A DNA stretch of 50,632 bases from Corallococcus sp. BB11-1 (GTDB taxonomy: Bacteria; Myxococcota; Myxococcia; Myxococcales; Myxococcaceae): the NCBI RefSeq assembly GCF_026626625.1, contig NZ_JAPNJY010000032.1, positions 138,976 to 189,607 of the forward strand, given 5' to 3'. Below the pieces are notes generated by a model, which was not told where the DNA came from, made no database searches, and was given only the letters and a program-made list of their open reading frames with translations. A program made the translations under genes and the position numbers. Below are positions 1-8,950 of this stretch, one piece after another. Every line of letters starts with the position of its first letter. Position 1 is the stretch's first letter.

Positions 1-367
1 CGATGAGCAGCCCATACAAACCTCCCGACATGCGCTCTTCGCGATTCACCATTCCTCCCTTGTAGTCCAGCGGTCATCCTTTTCAAAACCACCCTGACCA
101 CGAATCTTTCGCCATACACATACCCTCCAAAGCCATGTCCTCGTGGGTGGCGATGAATCAGAAAGCCAGGCGTAATCATTCACGGGGTGGTGTTTGCCTG
201 AGGGGTCAGGGTTCACGCTCGCGACCACGGGCCGCAGTGAACGCTGACCCTGGACTTGTCCCAACCGCTTCGCTCCAGGTACCTTGCAAACCAGCTGAGC
301 CGGATTGTCATGAAGAGCAGTTTTCCGGCTCCATGTGTCCCCCAACCCTGATTGAGTCGAGGTCTGC

Positions 368-889
368 ATGTCCGCCATCCGCCGTGTCCTTCCCTTGCTG
401 GCTCTTGCCTTCGCCATCGCTCCGGTCGCGAGCTGGGCCTACAAGGTCGAATGCCAGAACGACTTCCTGGTCTATGTCTGCGGCGATGGCACGGTCATCC
501 GCTGCCTGTACGACATGAATCATCAGACCGACTGCGATGATGACCCCGTCATCGCGACCATCGCCTGCGCTGGGAATGGCGGCTTCGTGCGCTTTGACCA
601 CTCCCCTGGCACGACGACGGTCGCCGAGTACATGGGGAACCTGGACCTGGCGGAGCTCCAGTGCACGGACTGTGACAACGGTGGGAATCCCATCCCCATC
701 GTGACCGGTAGCTGGACGGGCATGTGTCAGGACAACACGGAGGCCTCCTGCAATGAGATTGAGGAGAGCTGCTTCGTGAAGGCCATGCAGTTCGAGTCGG
801 AGTGTGAGTCCAGGGGCGGAGTGAAGGCATCGTTCTGGCACCTCGACTTCCCATTCCTCACGCAGGGCGCCCAGAGCACCCAGCCGTGA
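368..889 (+). CDS. Secreted cysteine-rich acidic hypothetical protein (173 aa, N-terminal signal peptide)
   Basis: ATG at 368. Hydrophobic signal-like N-terminus (LPLLALAFAIAPVASWA). About 11 Cys in the mature part, with many Asp/Glu. It follows ~370 nt of lower-GC non-coding DNA. No recognisable family. Confidence 0.5.
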   Translation: MSAIRRVLPLLALAFAIAPVASWAYKVECQNDFLVYVCGDGTVIRCLYDMNHQTDCDDDPVIATIACAGNGGFVRFDHSPGTTTVAEYMGNLDLAELQCTDCDNGGNPIPIVTGSWTGMCQDNTEASCNEIEESCFVKAMQFESECESRGGVKASFWHLDFPFLTQGAQSTQP

Positions 890-990
890 AGCAGGGGCCG
901 CGCGCCGCAGTGGGACCGGCTTCCTCCTGGTGATGAAGTCCGTGGCGGGGGTGCCCCTCTTGGTCGCAGGCTGGACCTGAGGGGGCCGGG

Positions 991-1016
991 CCTCCCTGCC
1001 ATCCCGGGCAGGGAGG
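991..1016. terminator. Perfect 10-bp GC-rich hairpin (cctccctgcc / ggcagggagg, 6-nt loop) between convergent genes
   Basis: Inverted repeat read directly from the sequence. It sits between the stop of the 368..889 CDS (+) and the stop of folD (-). It is followed by tccttgtc on the plus strand. Confidence 0.3.
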
Positions 1017-1031
1017 TCCTTGTCGCGCGTG

Positions 1032-1883
1032 CTACTTCCCGGCGCGCTGCGCCGCTTCCAGCGTGTTCATCATCAGCATGGCGATGGTCATCGGGCCCAC
1101 GCCGCCGGGCACCGGGGTGATGAACGAAGCCCTCTCGGCCGCCGCGGCGAACTCCACGTCGCCCACCAGCTTGCCGTCCGCCTTGCGGTTCATCCCCACG
1201 TCGATGACGACCGCGCCGGGCTTGATCCACGCGCCCTTCACCAGCTCCGGCACGCCCACGGCGACCACCAGGATGTCCGCCTGCGCCACCTCCGCCGGCA
1301 GGTCGCTCTTGCGGTGGCATACCGTCACCGTCGCGTCCTTCTGGAGCAGCATCAGCGCCTGGGGCTTGCCCACGATGTTGCTGCGGCCCACCACCACCGC
1401 CCGCTTGCCCGCCGGGTTGCACCCCACCTCCTCCAGCAGCCGCATCACGCCCCAGGGCGTGCACGCGCGCGTCGCCGGCCGGCCCAGCAGCAGGTTGCCC
1501 GCGTTCATCGGGTGGAAGCCGTCCGCGTCCTTCTCCGGCTTCACCGCGGAGATGATGGCGTCCGCGTCCAGGTGCTTGGGCAGCGGCAGCTGCACCAGGA
1601 TGCCGTGCACCGCCGGGTCCTCGTTGAGCTGGTGCACCAGCGCCAGGAGTTCGTCCTGGGTGATGGACGCGTCCGGGTGGTGCTCCCAGGAGTTGAAGCC
1701 CACCTCCTCGGCGGCCTTCTTCTTCCCCGTCACGTAGATTTTCGAGGCGGGATCCTCACCTACACGCACCACCGCGAGCCCGGGGGTGATGCCGCGCTCC
1801 GCCTTCAGCCGCGCCACCTCCTCCTTGATTTCCGCCCGCACGCGCGCCGCCACTGCCTTGCCGTCGATCAACTGGGCCGTCAT
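1032..1883 (-). CDS. folD: Bifunctional methylenetetrahydrofolate dehydrogenase/cyclohydrolase FolD
   Basis: Full-length match to the FolD family ([13 protein letters not shown]..., [17 protein letters not shown]). ATG at 1883 (cat 1881-1883). The ORF's upstream M is a TTG. Confidence 0.9.
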   Translation of the reverse strand: MTAQLIDGKAVAARVRAEIKEEVARLKAERGITPGLAVVRVGEDPASKIYVTGKKKAAEEVGFNSWEHHPDASITQDELLALVHQLNEDPAVHGILVQLPLPKHLDADAIISAVKPEKDADGFHPMNAGNLLLGRPATRACTPWGVMRLLEEVGCNPAGKRAVVVGRSNIVGKPQALMLLQKDATVTVCHRKSDLPAEVAQADILVVAVGVPELVKGAWIKPGAVVIDVGMNRKADGKLVGDVEFAAAAERASFITPVPGGVGPMTIAMLMMNTLEAAQRAGK

Positions 1884-1934
1884 GCGGCGCACCTTATGCA
1901 AAACTGGGTGGATTCAAGGGAGCGAAGCGAACCC

Positions 1935-2768
1935 ATGGGCGCAGGAAAAGTTCTCGGGGCGATGGTTGGACTCATGCTCGGCCTCCTCATTGGCGGGCCC
2001 TGGGCCATCGTGCTCGCCCTCATCGCGGGCGTGGCGCTGGGCCACTACTTCGACGAACAGAACGCCCCGCCCCCCCAGTCCCCCGAGCTGTTCTCCGACT
2101 TCCCCACCGCGCCCGAGCGCCCCCCGCCCCGCCGCACCGGCCCCATGCCCGGGGAGCACCGCGCCGTGGAGGCGCCGGAGGAGGATCCGCTCGACCACGC
2201 CATCGTCGCCCTCTTCATGGACGTGGCCCGCGCGGACGGCGAGCTGCGCCGCGAGGAGGTCCGGGAGATCCGCCGCTACTTCGAGGAGGTCCTCCACGCC
2301 GACGCCTTCACCGTCCAGTCCGTGGGCCGGTACCTGAAGCAGTTCATCGCCCGGCCCGCCTCCCTGAAGGCCGCCGAGGCGCTCGCCGCCTGCCAGGAAG
2401 CCCTGCCGGCGGACGAGCGGCTGCGCCTGCTGGACGCCCTCTATGAGATGGCGCTGGCGGACGGGCATATGCAGCGCTCGGAGACGGAGGTCCTGCGCCG
2501 CATGGCGGACGGCCTGGGCATCCCGGACGAGAAGATCCAGGCCCTGGCCCGCCAGCACCTGGGCGACGCCACCCCCCACTTCGAGAGCCTGGGCCTGAAG
2601 CCGGACGCCACCAACGCGGAGGTGAAGGCCGCCTTCCGCAAGCTCGCCGCCGCCCACCACCCGGACAAGTCCGCCGGCCTGGGCCCCAAGGCCACCGAGA
2701 AGGCCGCCCGCCGCTTCCAGGAGATCCGCGACGCCTACGAGACAATCAGGAAGCTGCGCGACCTGTAG
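1935..2768 (+). CDS. djlA: DjlA-like co-chaperone: N-terminal TM segment, TerB-like domain, C-terminal J domain (HPD)
   Basis: ATG at 1935 inside the long ORF 1020..2768; the upstream part of that ORF is antisense to folD. Hydrophobic N-terminus (GAMVGLMLGLLIGGPWAIVLALIAGVAL). Central TerB-like region. C-terminal J domain (KAAFRKLAAAHHPDK). Confidence 0.7.
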   Translation: MGAGKVLGAMVGLMLGLLIGGPWAIVLALIAGVALGHYFDEQNAPPPQSPELFSDFPTAPERPPPRRTGPMPGEHRAVEAPEEDPLDHAIVALFMDVARADGELRREEVREIRRYFEEVLHADAFTVQSVGRYLKQFIARPASLKAAEALAACQEALPADERLRLLDALYEMALADGHMQRSETEVLRRMADGLGIPDEKIQALARQHLGDATPHFESLGLKPDATNAEVKAAFRKLAAAHHPDKSAGLGPKATEKAARRFQEIRDAYETIRKLRDL

Positions 2769-2792
2769 TCCGGGTTAGAGAATGGGAACCCC

Positions 2793-3494
2793 ATGAGCAA
2801 GCAGCCCCCGAAGAAGAAGGAAGCGGCCTTCCAGAACAACCCCTTCAAGTCCGCCATCAAGACGCTCCAGGACCAGGAGAAGCAGGAACAGCAGAAGGCC
2901 GCCGCGGAGGCCGCCGCGAAGAAGAAGGTCGTCGCCAGGCCCGTGAAGGCCGCCAAGGCCCGGCCGGAGGACGACGACGTGGGCCTCTTCTTCTCCGCCA
3001 TGGACGGCGTGCAGCAGATGACGAACCGGGGCGAGGCCCCCAAGGTGAACCCGCGCCTGCCGGAGCTCATCGACGACAACGCGGAGGCCCTGGCCCAGCT
3101 GTCGGAGCTGGTCGCCGGCGAGGGCGGCTTCGACGTCGCGGACTCGAACGAGTTCATCGAGGGCGCCGCCCCCGGCGTGGACCGCAACCTGCTGCGCTCG
3201 CTGCGCCGGGGCGACTTCTCCGTGCAGGACACGTTGGACCTGCACGGCAAGACGGCCGCCGAGGCCCGGGGCGCCGTGGAGCGCTTCCTGTCCGACAGCC
3301 AGCGCTCCAAGAAGCGCTGCGTCCTCATTATCCACGGGCGCGGTTTGAACTCCAAGGAGCAGGTGCCGGTGCTGAAGGAGGGGATGAAGGTGTGGCTTGG
3401 GCAGAAGCGGATGGAGCGGCTGGTGCTCGCGTTCGCCAGCGCACGCCCGCAGGACGGAGGAACGGGCGCGGTGTACGTGCTGCTTCGCCGATAG
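2793..3494 (+). CDS. Smr-domain protein (SmrB/YdaL-like), lysine-rich N-terminus
   Basis: C-terminal Smr domain (LDLHGKTAAEARGAVERFL...CVLIIHGRG). ATG at 2793. Confidence 0.75.
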   Translation: MSKQPPKKKEAAFQNNPFKSAIKTLQDQEKQEQQKAAAEAAAKKKVVARPVKAAKARPEDDDVGLFFSAMDGVQQMTNRGEAPKVNPRLPELIDDNAEALAQLSELVAGEGGFDVADSNEFIEGAAPGVDRNLLRSLRRGDFSVQDTLDLHGKTAAEARGAVERFLSDSQRSKKRCVLIIHGRGLNSKEQVPVLKEGMKVWLGQKRMERLVLAFASARPQDGGTGAVYVLLRR

Positions 3495-3530
3495 CTTTAC
3501 GCGTGGCCGTGGCTGTGCATACATGCCGCC

Positions 3531-4523
3531 ATGGTTCGCGACCTCATTGACCTCCACATCCACGTGGGTGGCGCGGTAGCCCCGCACATCCTGTGGTCCA
3601 TTGCCCACCAGCAGGGCTTCAAGCTCCCGGTCAAAAACTACTTCGACTTCGTCGAGCTCATCACCTCCCGTCCGGGCAAGGTGGGCAGCCTCGACGACTA
3701 CCTGAAGATCCTCCACACCTGGACGGAGAAGATCCAATCCTCTCCCAGCGCCATCGAGCGCTCCGTCTACGAGGTGATTGGCAAGGAGTACCGGGGCAGC
3801 CGCGTCACGCAGATCGAGCTGCGCTTCAACCCGATGAAGCGCAACCTGTCCTCCGAGCTGGACCTGGACCACATCATCCACGCCGCGCTCCGGGGCATGG
3901 ACCGCGCGGTGCTGGAGTACGGCGTGAAGGTGGGCTTCATCTTCTGCCTGGCCCGCGAGTTCGACCACAAGCTCAACAGCATCATCGTGGAGAAGGCCAT
4001 CAAGTACCGCAACCGCGGCGTGTACGGCATCGACCTGGCCGGCACGGAGCGCGACGCCATGGAGCACAAGCCCGCGCTCGCGGAATACGAGGACCTGTAC
4101 GCCCGCGCGCGCAAGGGCGGCCTCAAGTGCACCGTGCACACCGGCGAGACGGCCGGCACGGGCTCCGAGGGCCTGATGGCGGCGGTGGAGAAGCTCAAGC
4201 CGAACCGCATCGGCCATGGCATCCGCGCCGCCTACGACGAGTCCGCGATGAAGGTCCTGCGCGAGAACAACATCACGCTGGAGCTGTGCCCCACGTCCAA
4301 CATCCACACCCGCGCGGTGGCGGACCTGGCCGAACTCAAGCACATCATGCAGACGTTCTGGGACCGCAAGGTGAAGTTCACCATCAACACGGACGGCCCC
4401 TACCTGCTGGAGACGGACATGCAGCGGGAGATCGAGATCGTCGAGTCCAACGGCCTGCTCACCCCGGAGCAGGTGGACCAGGCACTCGCGTGGGCGCGCG
4501 AGGCGTCCTTCATCCCCGCCTGA
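3531..4523 (+). CDS. Adenosine deaminase-family metal-dependent amidohydrolase
   Basis: N-terminal HxH (LIDLHIHVGG). Conserved TVHTGE and TINTDGP motifs typical of the adenosine/AMP deaminase superfamily. Stop tga at 4521-4523. Confidence 0.75.
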   Translation: MVRDLIDLHIHVGGAVAPHILWSIAHQQGFKLPVKNYFDFVELITSRPGKVGSLDDYLKILHTWTEKIQSSPSAIERSVYEVIGKEYRGSRVTQIELRFNPMKRNLSSELDLDHIIHAALRGMDRAVLEYGVKVGFIFCLAREFDHKLNSIIVEKAIKYRNRGVYGIDLAGTERDAMEHKPALAEYEDLYARARKGGLKCTVHTGETAGTGSEGLMAAVEKLKPNRIGHGIRAAYDESAMKVLRENNITLELCPTSNIHTRAVADLAELKHIMQTFWDRKVKFTINTDGPYLLETDMQREIEIVESNGLLTPEQVDQALAWAREASFIPA

Positions 4524-4528
4524 GCGCC

Positions 4529-5629
4529 ATGTACGGCCTCACGCGCTCGCTGCTCTTCACCCTCCCGCCGGAGCCCGCGCACCGGCTGGGGATGTCCGGG
4601 CTCGCGGCCCTGGGGCGGATGCCGTCCCTGTGCCAGTCCATGCGCGAGCGCACCCTGGCCCAGGCCCCCATGGACCTGGGCGTGGAGCTGGCCGGGCTGC
4701 GCTTCGCCCATCCGGTGGCGCTCGCCGCCGGCCTGGACAAGGACGCGGAGGCCGTGGACGGGCTGTTCGCGTGCGGCTTCTCCGCCGTGGAGGTGGGCAC
4801 CGTCACGCCGAAGCCCCAGCCCGGCAACCCGAAGCCGCGCCTGTTCCGGCTGCCGGAGCACCGCGCGGTCATCAACCGCATGGGCTTCAACAACCACGGC
4901 GCCGCCACCGCCCGGGCCCACCTGACGGGCCGGACGTGGAAGCCCGGCCCGCTGGGCGTGAACATCGGCAAGAACAAGGACACGCCGCTGGAGCGCGCGG
5001 TGGACGACTACGTGGCGTGCGTGGACGCGCTCGCGCCGCTGGGGGACTATGTGGTCGTCAACGCGTCCTCACCCAACACGCCCGGCCTGCGCACGCTCCA
5101 GGAGCCGGAGCAGCTCTCCGCCCTGCTGCGCGCCGTGCAGGAGCGCATGGGCCAGGTGGCGCCGGGCACGCCGCTGTTCCTGAAGATCGCCCCGGACCTC
5201 ACCCCGGAGGCCGTGGACGAGGTGGTGGACGTGGCCCTGGAGCGCGGGCTGTCCGGCCTCATCGCCACCAACACCACCATCACCCGCCCCTTCGAGCACA
5301 GGCACGCCAAGGAGGCCGGGGGACTCTCCGGCGCCCCCGTGCGCGAGCTGTCCAACGCCGTCATCCGCCGCGCCTACCAGCGCGGCCGGGGCACCCTGCC
5401 CCTCATCGGCGTGGGCGGCGTATTCACCGCCCAGGACGTCTACGAGAAGCTGCGCGCGGGCGCCACCGTGGTGCAGGTGTACACGGGTTTCATCTACGAG
5501 GGCCCGGGCATGGTGGGCCGCATCCTGCGCGACCTGGGTGCGCTGCTGGCCCGCGATGGCTTCACCTCCGTGCGCGACGTGATTGGCGTGGACGCCCATC
5601 CGGGCACACCTGTCACGGCTTCCCCCTAG
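4529..5629 (+). CDS. pyrD: Dihydroorotate dehydrogenase (quinone), class 2
   Basis: ATG at 4529, in frame within ORF 3593..5629. Motifs LAAGLDKD, NRMGFNN, GVNIGKNKDTP and IGVGGV span the full length of class-2 PyrD. Confidence 0.9.
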   Translation: MYGLTRSLLFTLPPEPAHRLGMSGLAALGRMPSLCQSMRERTLAQAPMDLGVELAGLRFAHPVALAAGLDKDAEAVDGLFACGFSAVEVGTVTPKPQPGNPKPRLFRLPEHRAVINRMGFNNHGAATARAHLTGRTWKPGPLGVNIGKNKDTPLERAVDDYVACVDALAPLGDYVVVNASSPNTPGLRTLQEPEQLSALLRAVQERMGQVAPGTPLFLKIAPDLTPEAVDEVVDVALERGLSGLIATNTTITRPFEHRHAKEAGGLSGAPVRELSNAVIRRAYQRGRGTLPLIGVGGVFTAQDVYEKLRAGATVVQVYTGFIYEGPGMVGRILRDLGALLARDGFTSVRDVIGVDAHPGTPVTASP

Positions 5630-5803
5630 CCGCGTCGCGCCGGGGGACGCTGCCCCGCGCCATCCGCCACCGGACGGTCGCCGGCACTCCGGTGGCGGGC
5701 TTCAATGTCACGAGGGCGGCACCCACATGCCCCCGAGGACGGGTGTCCGTCCACCCCCAGGCTCCCCAACGTCCGTCGGCTTTCGTGAAGCCAAGGAGCG
5801 GAC

Positions 5804-7300
5804 ATGCGCGTGAAGGCCTGGTGGGCCGTGGTCGGTGTGGGGCTGGCGGGATGTGGTGGCGTCGAACCCGAGACGGTGGGCGAGCCGCGCTTGGGCGAAG
5901 CACCGGTCCAGGCCCAGGCGTGCGCCCCCGGGGTGGCCGTGAAGGTGAAGGACGTCATCGCTCCGGGGACTCCGCCGCCGCCGCCCTGGCGTCCCAGTCC
6001 CTACGGCCTGTCGGCGCTCCAGGGCACGCTCTACTTCGCGACGGACGTCGTCGGCGGGCAGTCCACGTTGTGGAAGAGCGACGGGACGACCGCGGGCACC
6101 GTCGTGGTGAAGGAGTTCCCTGACCAGGGCACCACCGGCTACCGGGCGCTGAGCGGCTTCACCGCCGTGGGCTCCCAGCTCTTCTTCAGCGTCGATGACG
6201 CGGTGCTGGGGCGGGAGCTGTGGGTCACCGACGGCACGGAGGCGGGCACGCGGCCCGTCGTGGACCTGACGCCGGGGCCCGCGAGCACGCAGTTCGCGGG
6301 CCCCGCCCAGGTGGGCAGCGCGCTGGGCTTCTTCCGCATCGTGCCGGTGGCGTCCTCGGGGAGCCGGCTGGAGCTGTGGAGGTCGGATGGCACGGCGGCC
6401 GGGACGGTCCGGACGGTCGACCTCGGCACGCAGTCGTCCCTCGTTGGGAACGTCATGCTGGCCGGCGGTCAGCGGCTGTTCTTCCTCCAGGACGCGGTGA
6501 ACGGCACGCGGCTGTGGCGCTCGGATGGCACGGCGGCGGGCACCTCCGTCATCAAGGCGCTGGACGCGGGTGAGCCCCTGCTGAGCGACGTCCGGGCCAC
6601 GACGGGCGGCATCGTGTTCGCGCTGCGGGATGGGGGCGACACGGAGATCTGGAAGTCGGATGGCACGGCGGCGGGCACCGTGCGGCTGGAGACGTTCGGC
6701 CACGTCTCGAGCCTGCTCGGCGTCCTGGGCTCCCACGTCTACGTCTCCTATGTCTCCTACGGCACGACGGAGGACCGGCTGAGACTGGCGCGCGTGTCCC
6801 TGTCGGGTGGAGGGAAGACGACCGTGACCACCCTGCCCAACCCCTTCGCGGGACAGCCCGGCGCGCAGCCGTACCTCCAGGTCGCGACGACGGCGGGCAG
6901 CAAGCTCTACCTGTCGGTCGCCATCGGCTCGCCGGGGCCCGCGCCCCGCATGGTGGAGCTCTGGGTAACGGATGGCACGGCGGCGGGGACGCTGCGGTTG
7001 AGCACGGGGCTGAGCACGTCGGATGAGAACGGGTCGCCCCTCTTCAATACCGGCAGCGGCACCCTCCTCTTCGGCAGCAGGTCCCCCGACGACGGCCAGG
7101 AGCCCTGGGTGACGGACGGCACGGTCGCCAACACGGGCCGCGTCGCGGACATCGGTCCGGAGGGAGGCTCCTCTCCCCAGTCGTTCACCCGCCTTGGGGA
7201 TCGCATCTTCTTCGTCGCCAACGGTGGGCCCCCAGGCAACGCCCTGTGGGCCATGCCCGCCAGCGTCACCTGCCCTGCCCTGGCCCCCGAAGCCCGGTAG
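5804..7300 (+). CDS. Lipoprotein with ~8 ELWxxDGT-type repeats (WxSDGTAAGT every ~50 aa)
   Basis: aaggag RBS before the ATG at 5804. Signal peptide plus lipobox (LAGCGG). Repeats ELWVTDGTEAGT / ELWRSDGTAAGT / EIWKSDGTAAGT and similar. The antisense ORF 5708..7336 has none of these signals. Confidence 0.7.
   Translation: MRVKAWWAVVGVGLAGCGGVEPETVGEPRLGEAPVQAQACAPGVAVKVKDVIAPGTPPPPPWRPSPYGLSALQGTLYFATDVVGGQSTLWKSDGTTAGTVVVKEFPDQGTTGYRALSGFTAVGSQLFFSVDDAVLGRELWVTDGTEAGTRPVVDLTPGPASTQFAGPAQVGSALGFFRIVPVASSGSRLELWRSDGTAAGTVRTVDLGTQSSLVGNVMLAGGQRLFFLQDAVNGTRLWRSDGTAAGTSVIKALDAGEPLLSDVRATTGGIVFALRDGGDTEIWKSDGTAAGTVRLETFGHVSSLLGVLGSHVYVSYVSYGTTEDRLRLARVSLSGGGKTTVTTLPNPFAGQPGAQPYLQVATTAGSKLYLSVAIGSPGPAPRMVELWVTDGTAAGTLRLSTGLSTSDENGSPLFNTGSGTLLFGSRSPDDGQEPWVTDGTVANTGRVADIGPEGGSSPQSFTRLGDRIFFVANGGPPGNALWAMPASVTCPALAPEAR
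6030..7100 (+). repeat. Coding tandem repeats (~150 nt period) encoding the ELWxxDGT motif
   Basis: Eight WxxDGTxAGT occurrences at regular spacing within CDS 5804..7300. Confidence 0.6.
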
Positions 7301-7446
7301 CAGCGCGAAGGCCCCTTCGGGGGCGCGGTGCGCCAATCCCAGACACGCCGGGCTCCTGGGCAGCCAGGGGTCTGCCCGCGACAGTCCCTCCCCGGCCGTC
7401 GCCGTGGGGCGTGCGTGGCCACTCGCGGTTGGTTAAAGCGGCGCCC

Positions 7447-8409
7447 ATGCCCACCCTCCTCCTCAGTGCGAAAGAGCTGCGCGGCCTCTACACCGTCGAA
7501 CTCGGACTGGAAGCCGTGGAGCGCGCCTTCCTGGCCCATGGCCGTAACGACGCGCTCATGCCCCCCAAGGTGTACCTGTCCCTGCCGAAGTACGACGGCG
7601 ACTTCCGCGCCATGCCCGCGTTCCTGGACGGGGCCGCGGGCGTGAAGTGGGTCAACGCGCATCCGCGCAACCCGCAGAAGCACGGCCTGCCCACCGTGCG
7701 CGCCGTCTACATCCTCAGCGACCCGGACACCGCCTCACCGCTGGCCATCCTGGACGGCACGCTGCTCACCGCGTGGCGCACCGGCGCCGCGGGCGGCATC
7801 GCGTCCAAGTACCTGGCGAAGAAGCAGCCGCGCACGCTGGGACTCGTGGGCTGCGGCGTGCAGGCGCGGGTGCTCATCGACTCGCACCGCGCCCTCTTCG
7901 GCGGCCTGGAGCTGCTGCTGGCGGACGTGTCCGACGCCGCCGCCCAGGCCCTCCAGAAGGAGAAGGGAGGCCGGGTGGTGAGCCTCCAGGAGGCCTCCGG
8001 CGCGGACATCGTGTGCTCCGCCACGCCCGCCCGCGCTCCCGTGGTCCGCCGGGAATGGGTCCAGTCCGGCGCCCACATCAACGCCATGGGCGCGGACGCC
8101 CCGGGCAAGCAGGAGCTGGATCCGCGCCTGCTCGTCGAAGGGCGCGTCTTCATCGACGACGCGGAGCAGGCGCTGCACTCCGGCGAGGTCAACGTGCCCC
8201 TGCATGACGGCGTGCTCAAGGAGGAGCAGCTCGCCGGCACCCTGGGCCAGGTCGTCGCGGGTCGCAAGCCGGGGCGGACCGGAGACGAGGTCACCGTCTT
8301 CGACTCCACCGGCCTGGCCGTGCAGGACGTGGCCCTGGCCCGCGCGCTCTACGACGTGGCCCGCGCGAAGGGCGTCGGGCAGATGTTCGACCTGGTCGGG
8401 GACGCCTGA
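7447..8409 (+). CDS. Ornithine cyclodeaminase / mu-crystallin family NAD-dependent enzyme
   Basis: ATG at 7447. Rossmann motif LGLVGCGVQA and the family-typical N-terminus (ELRGLYTVELGLEAVERAF). Full-length similarity to the OCD / alanine dehydrogenase (archaeal-type) family. Confidence 0.8.
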   Translation: MPTLLLSAKELRGLYTVELGLEAVERAFLAHGRNDALMPPKVYLSLPKYDGDFRAMPAFLDGAAGVKWVNAHPRNPQKHGLPTVRAVYILSDPDTASPLAILDGTLLTAWRTGAAGGIASKYLAKKQPRTLGLVGCGVQARVLIDSHRALFGGLELLLADVSDAAAQALQKEKGGRVVSLQEASGADIVCSATPARAPVVRREWVQSGAHINAMGADAPGKQELDPRLLVEGRVFIDDAEQALHSGEVNVPLHDGVLKEEQLAGTLGQVVAGRKPGRTGDEVTVFDSTGLAVQDVALARALYDVARAKGVGQMFDLVGDA

Positions 8410-8481
8410 GCCATCCCACCCGGAGCGTCTGGGCGGGACAGGCGACCTGTCAGGACACCTGCCCCGAGGACAAAAAAGAGA

Positions 8482-8518
8482 GCGCTCGCCGGCACCTTGG
8501 AGTTTTACCGGCGAGCGC
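8482..8518 (-). terminator. Candidate rho-independent terminator on the minus strand (11-bp GC stem, 15-nt loop, then a T-tract)
   Basis: gcgctcgccgg ... ccggcgagcgc inverted repeat. On the minus strand it is followed by tctcttttttg (plus-strand caaaaaagag at 8471-8480). It lies ~430 nt downstream of the GT4 gene's stop. Confidence 0.4.
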
Positions 8519-8950
8519 CCCGGGCCGCGTGCCGACTGGCAGGGCCTCGTAAAGTCGCGGCGGATGCGGATGCGGGCCTTACGCCCTCTCCGCGCCACCT
8601 TCATGTTCCGCGTCCGCCCCGCGTCCCGTATCTCCGGGCCCCGCGCTCGACGTCCGCTCCCTTCAAAACCCCGTCAGGTCCGCGGCGATTCCTGCACCGC
8701 CTGATCCGACGCCCACCACGGTGGGCACGGCGCGCTCGGGTCGCAACGCCTGTCGCGCCATTACCACAGGCTTCCTACCAATCTCCACGAAAAACGAGCT
8801 ATTCCCATCTATAAATTAAACACACAGGGTGCGACGCTGCTGGAAGCCCCCGCCACCATACGAACGCGCCCGCCCCCAATTGCTTGAGGACGGGCTCGGA
8901 TTATCCAGATCGGTCTGACATTTCCCGGCCCTGGAGGGCCGGTTCCACTC

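Noticed and set aside
1020-1934. Upstream 305-aa extension of the djlA ORF (TTG at 1020)
   Set aside because: The extension is antisense to folD and His/Arg-rich. The DjlA-like protein begins with its TM segment at the ATG at 1935.
3593-4528. Upstream 312-aa extension of the pyrD reading frame
   Set aside because: It overlaps the adenosine-deaminase-family gene in another frame. PyrD homology starts at the ATG at 4529, right after the upstream stop.
5708-7336. 542-aa minus-strand ORF overlapping the ELWxxDGT lipoprotein gene
   Set aside because: The plus-strand gene has an RBS, a lipoprotein signal and a recognised repeat family. The antisense translation is Arg/Gly/Ala-rich low complexity.
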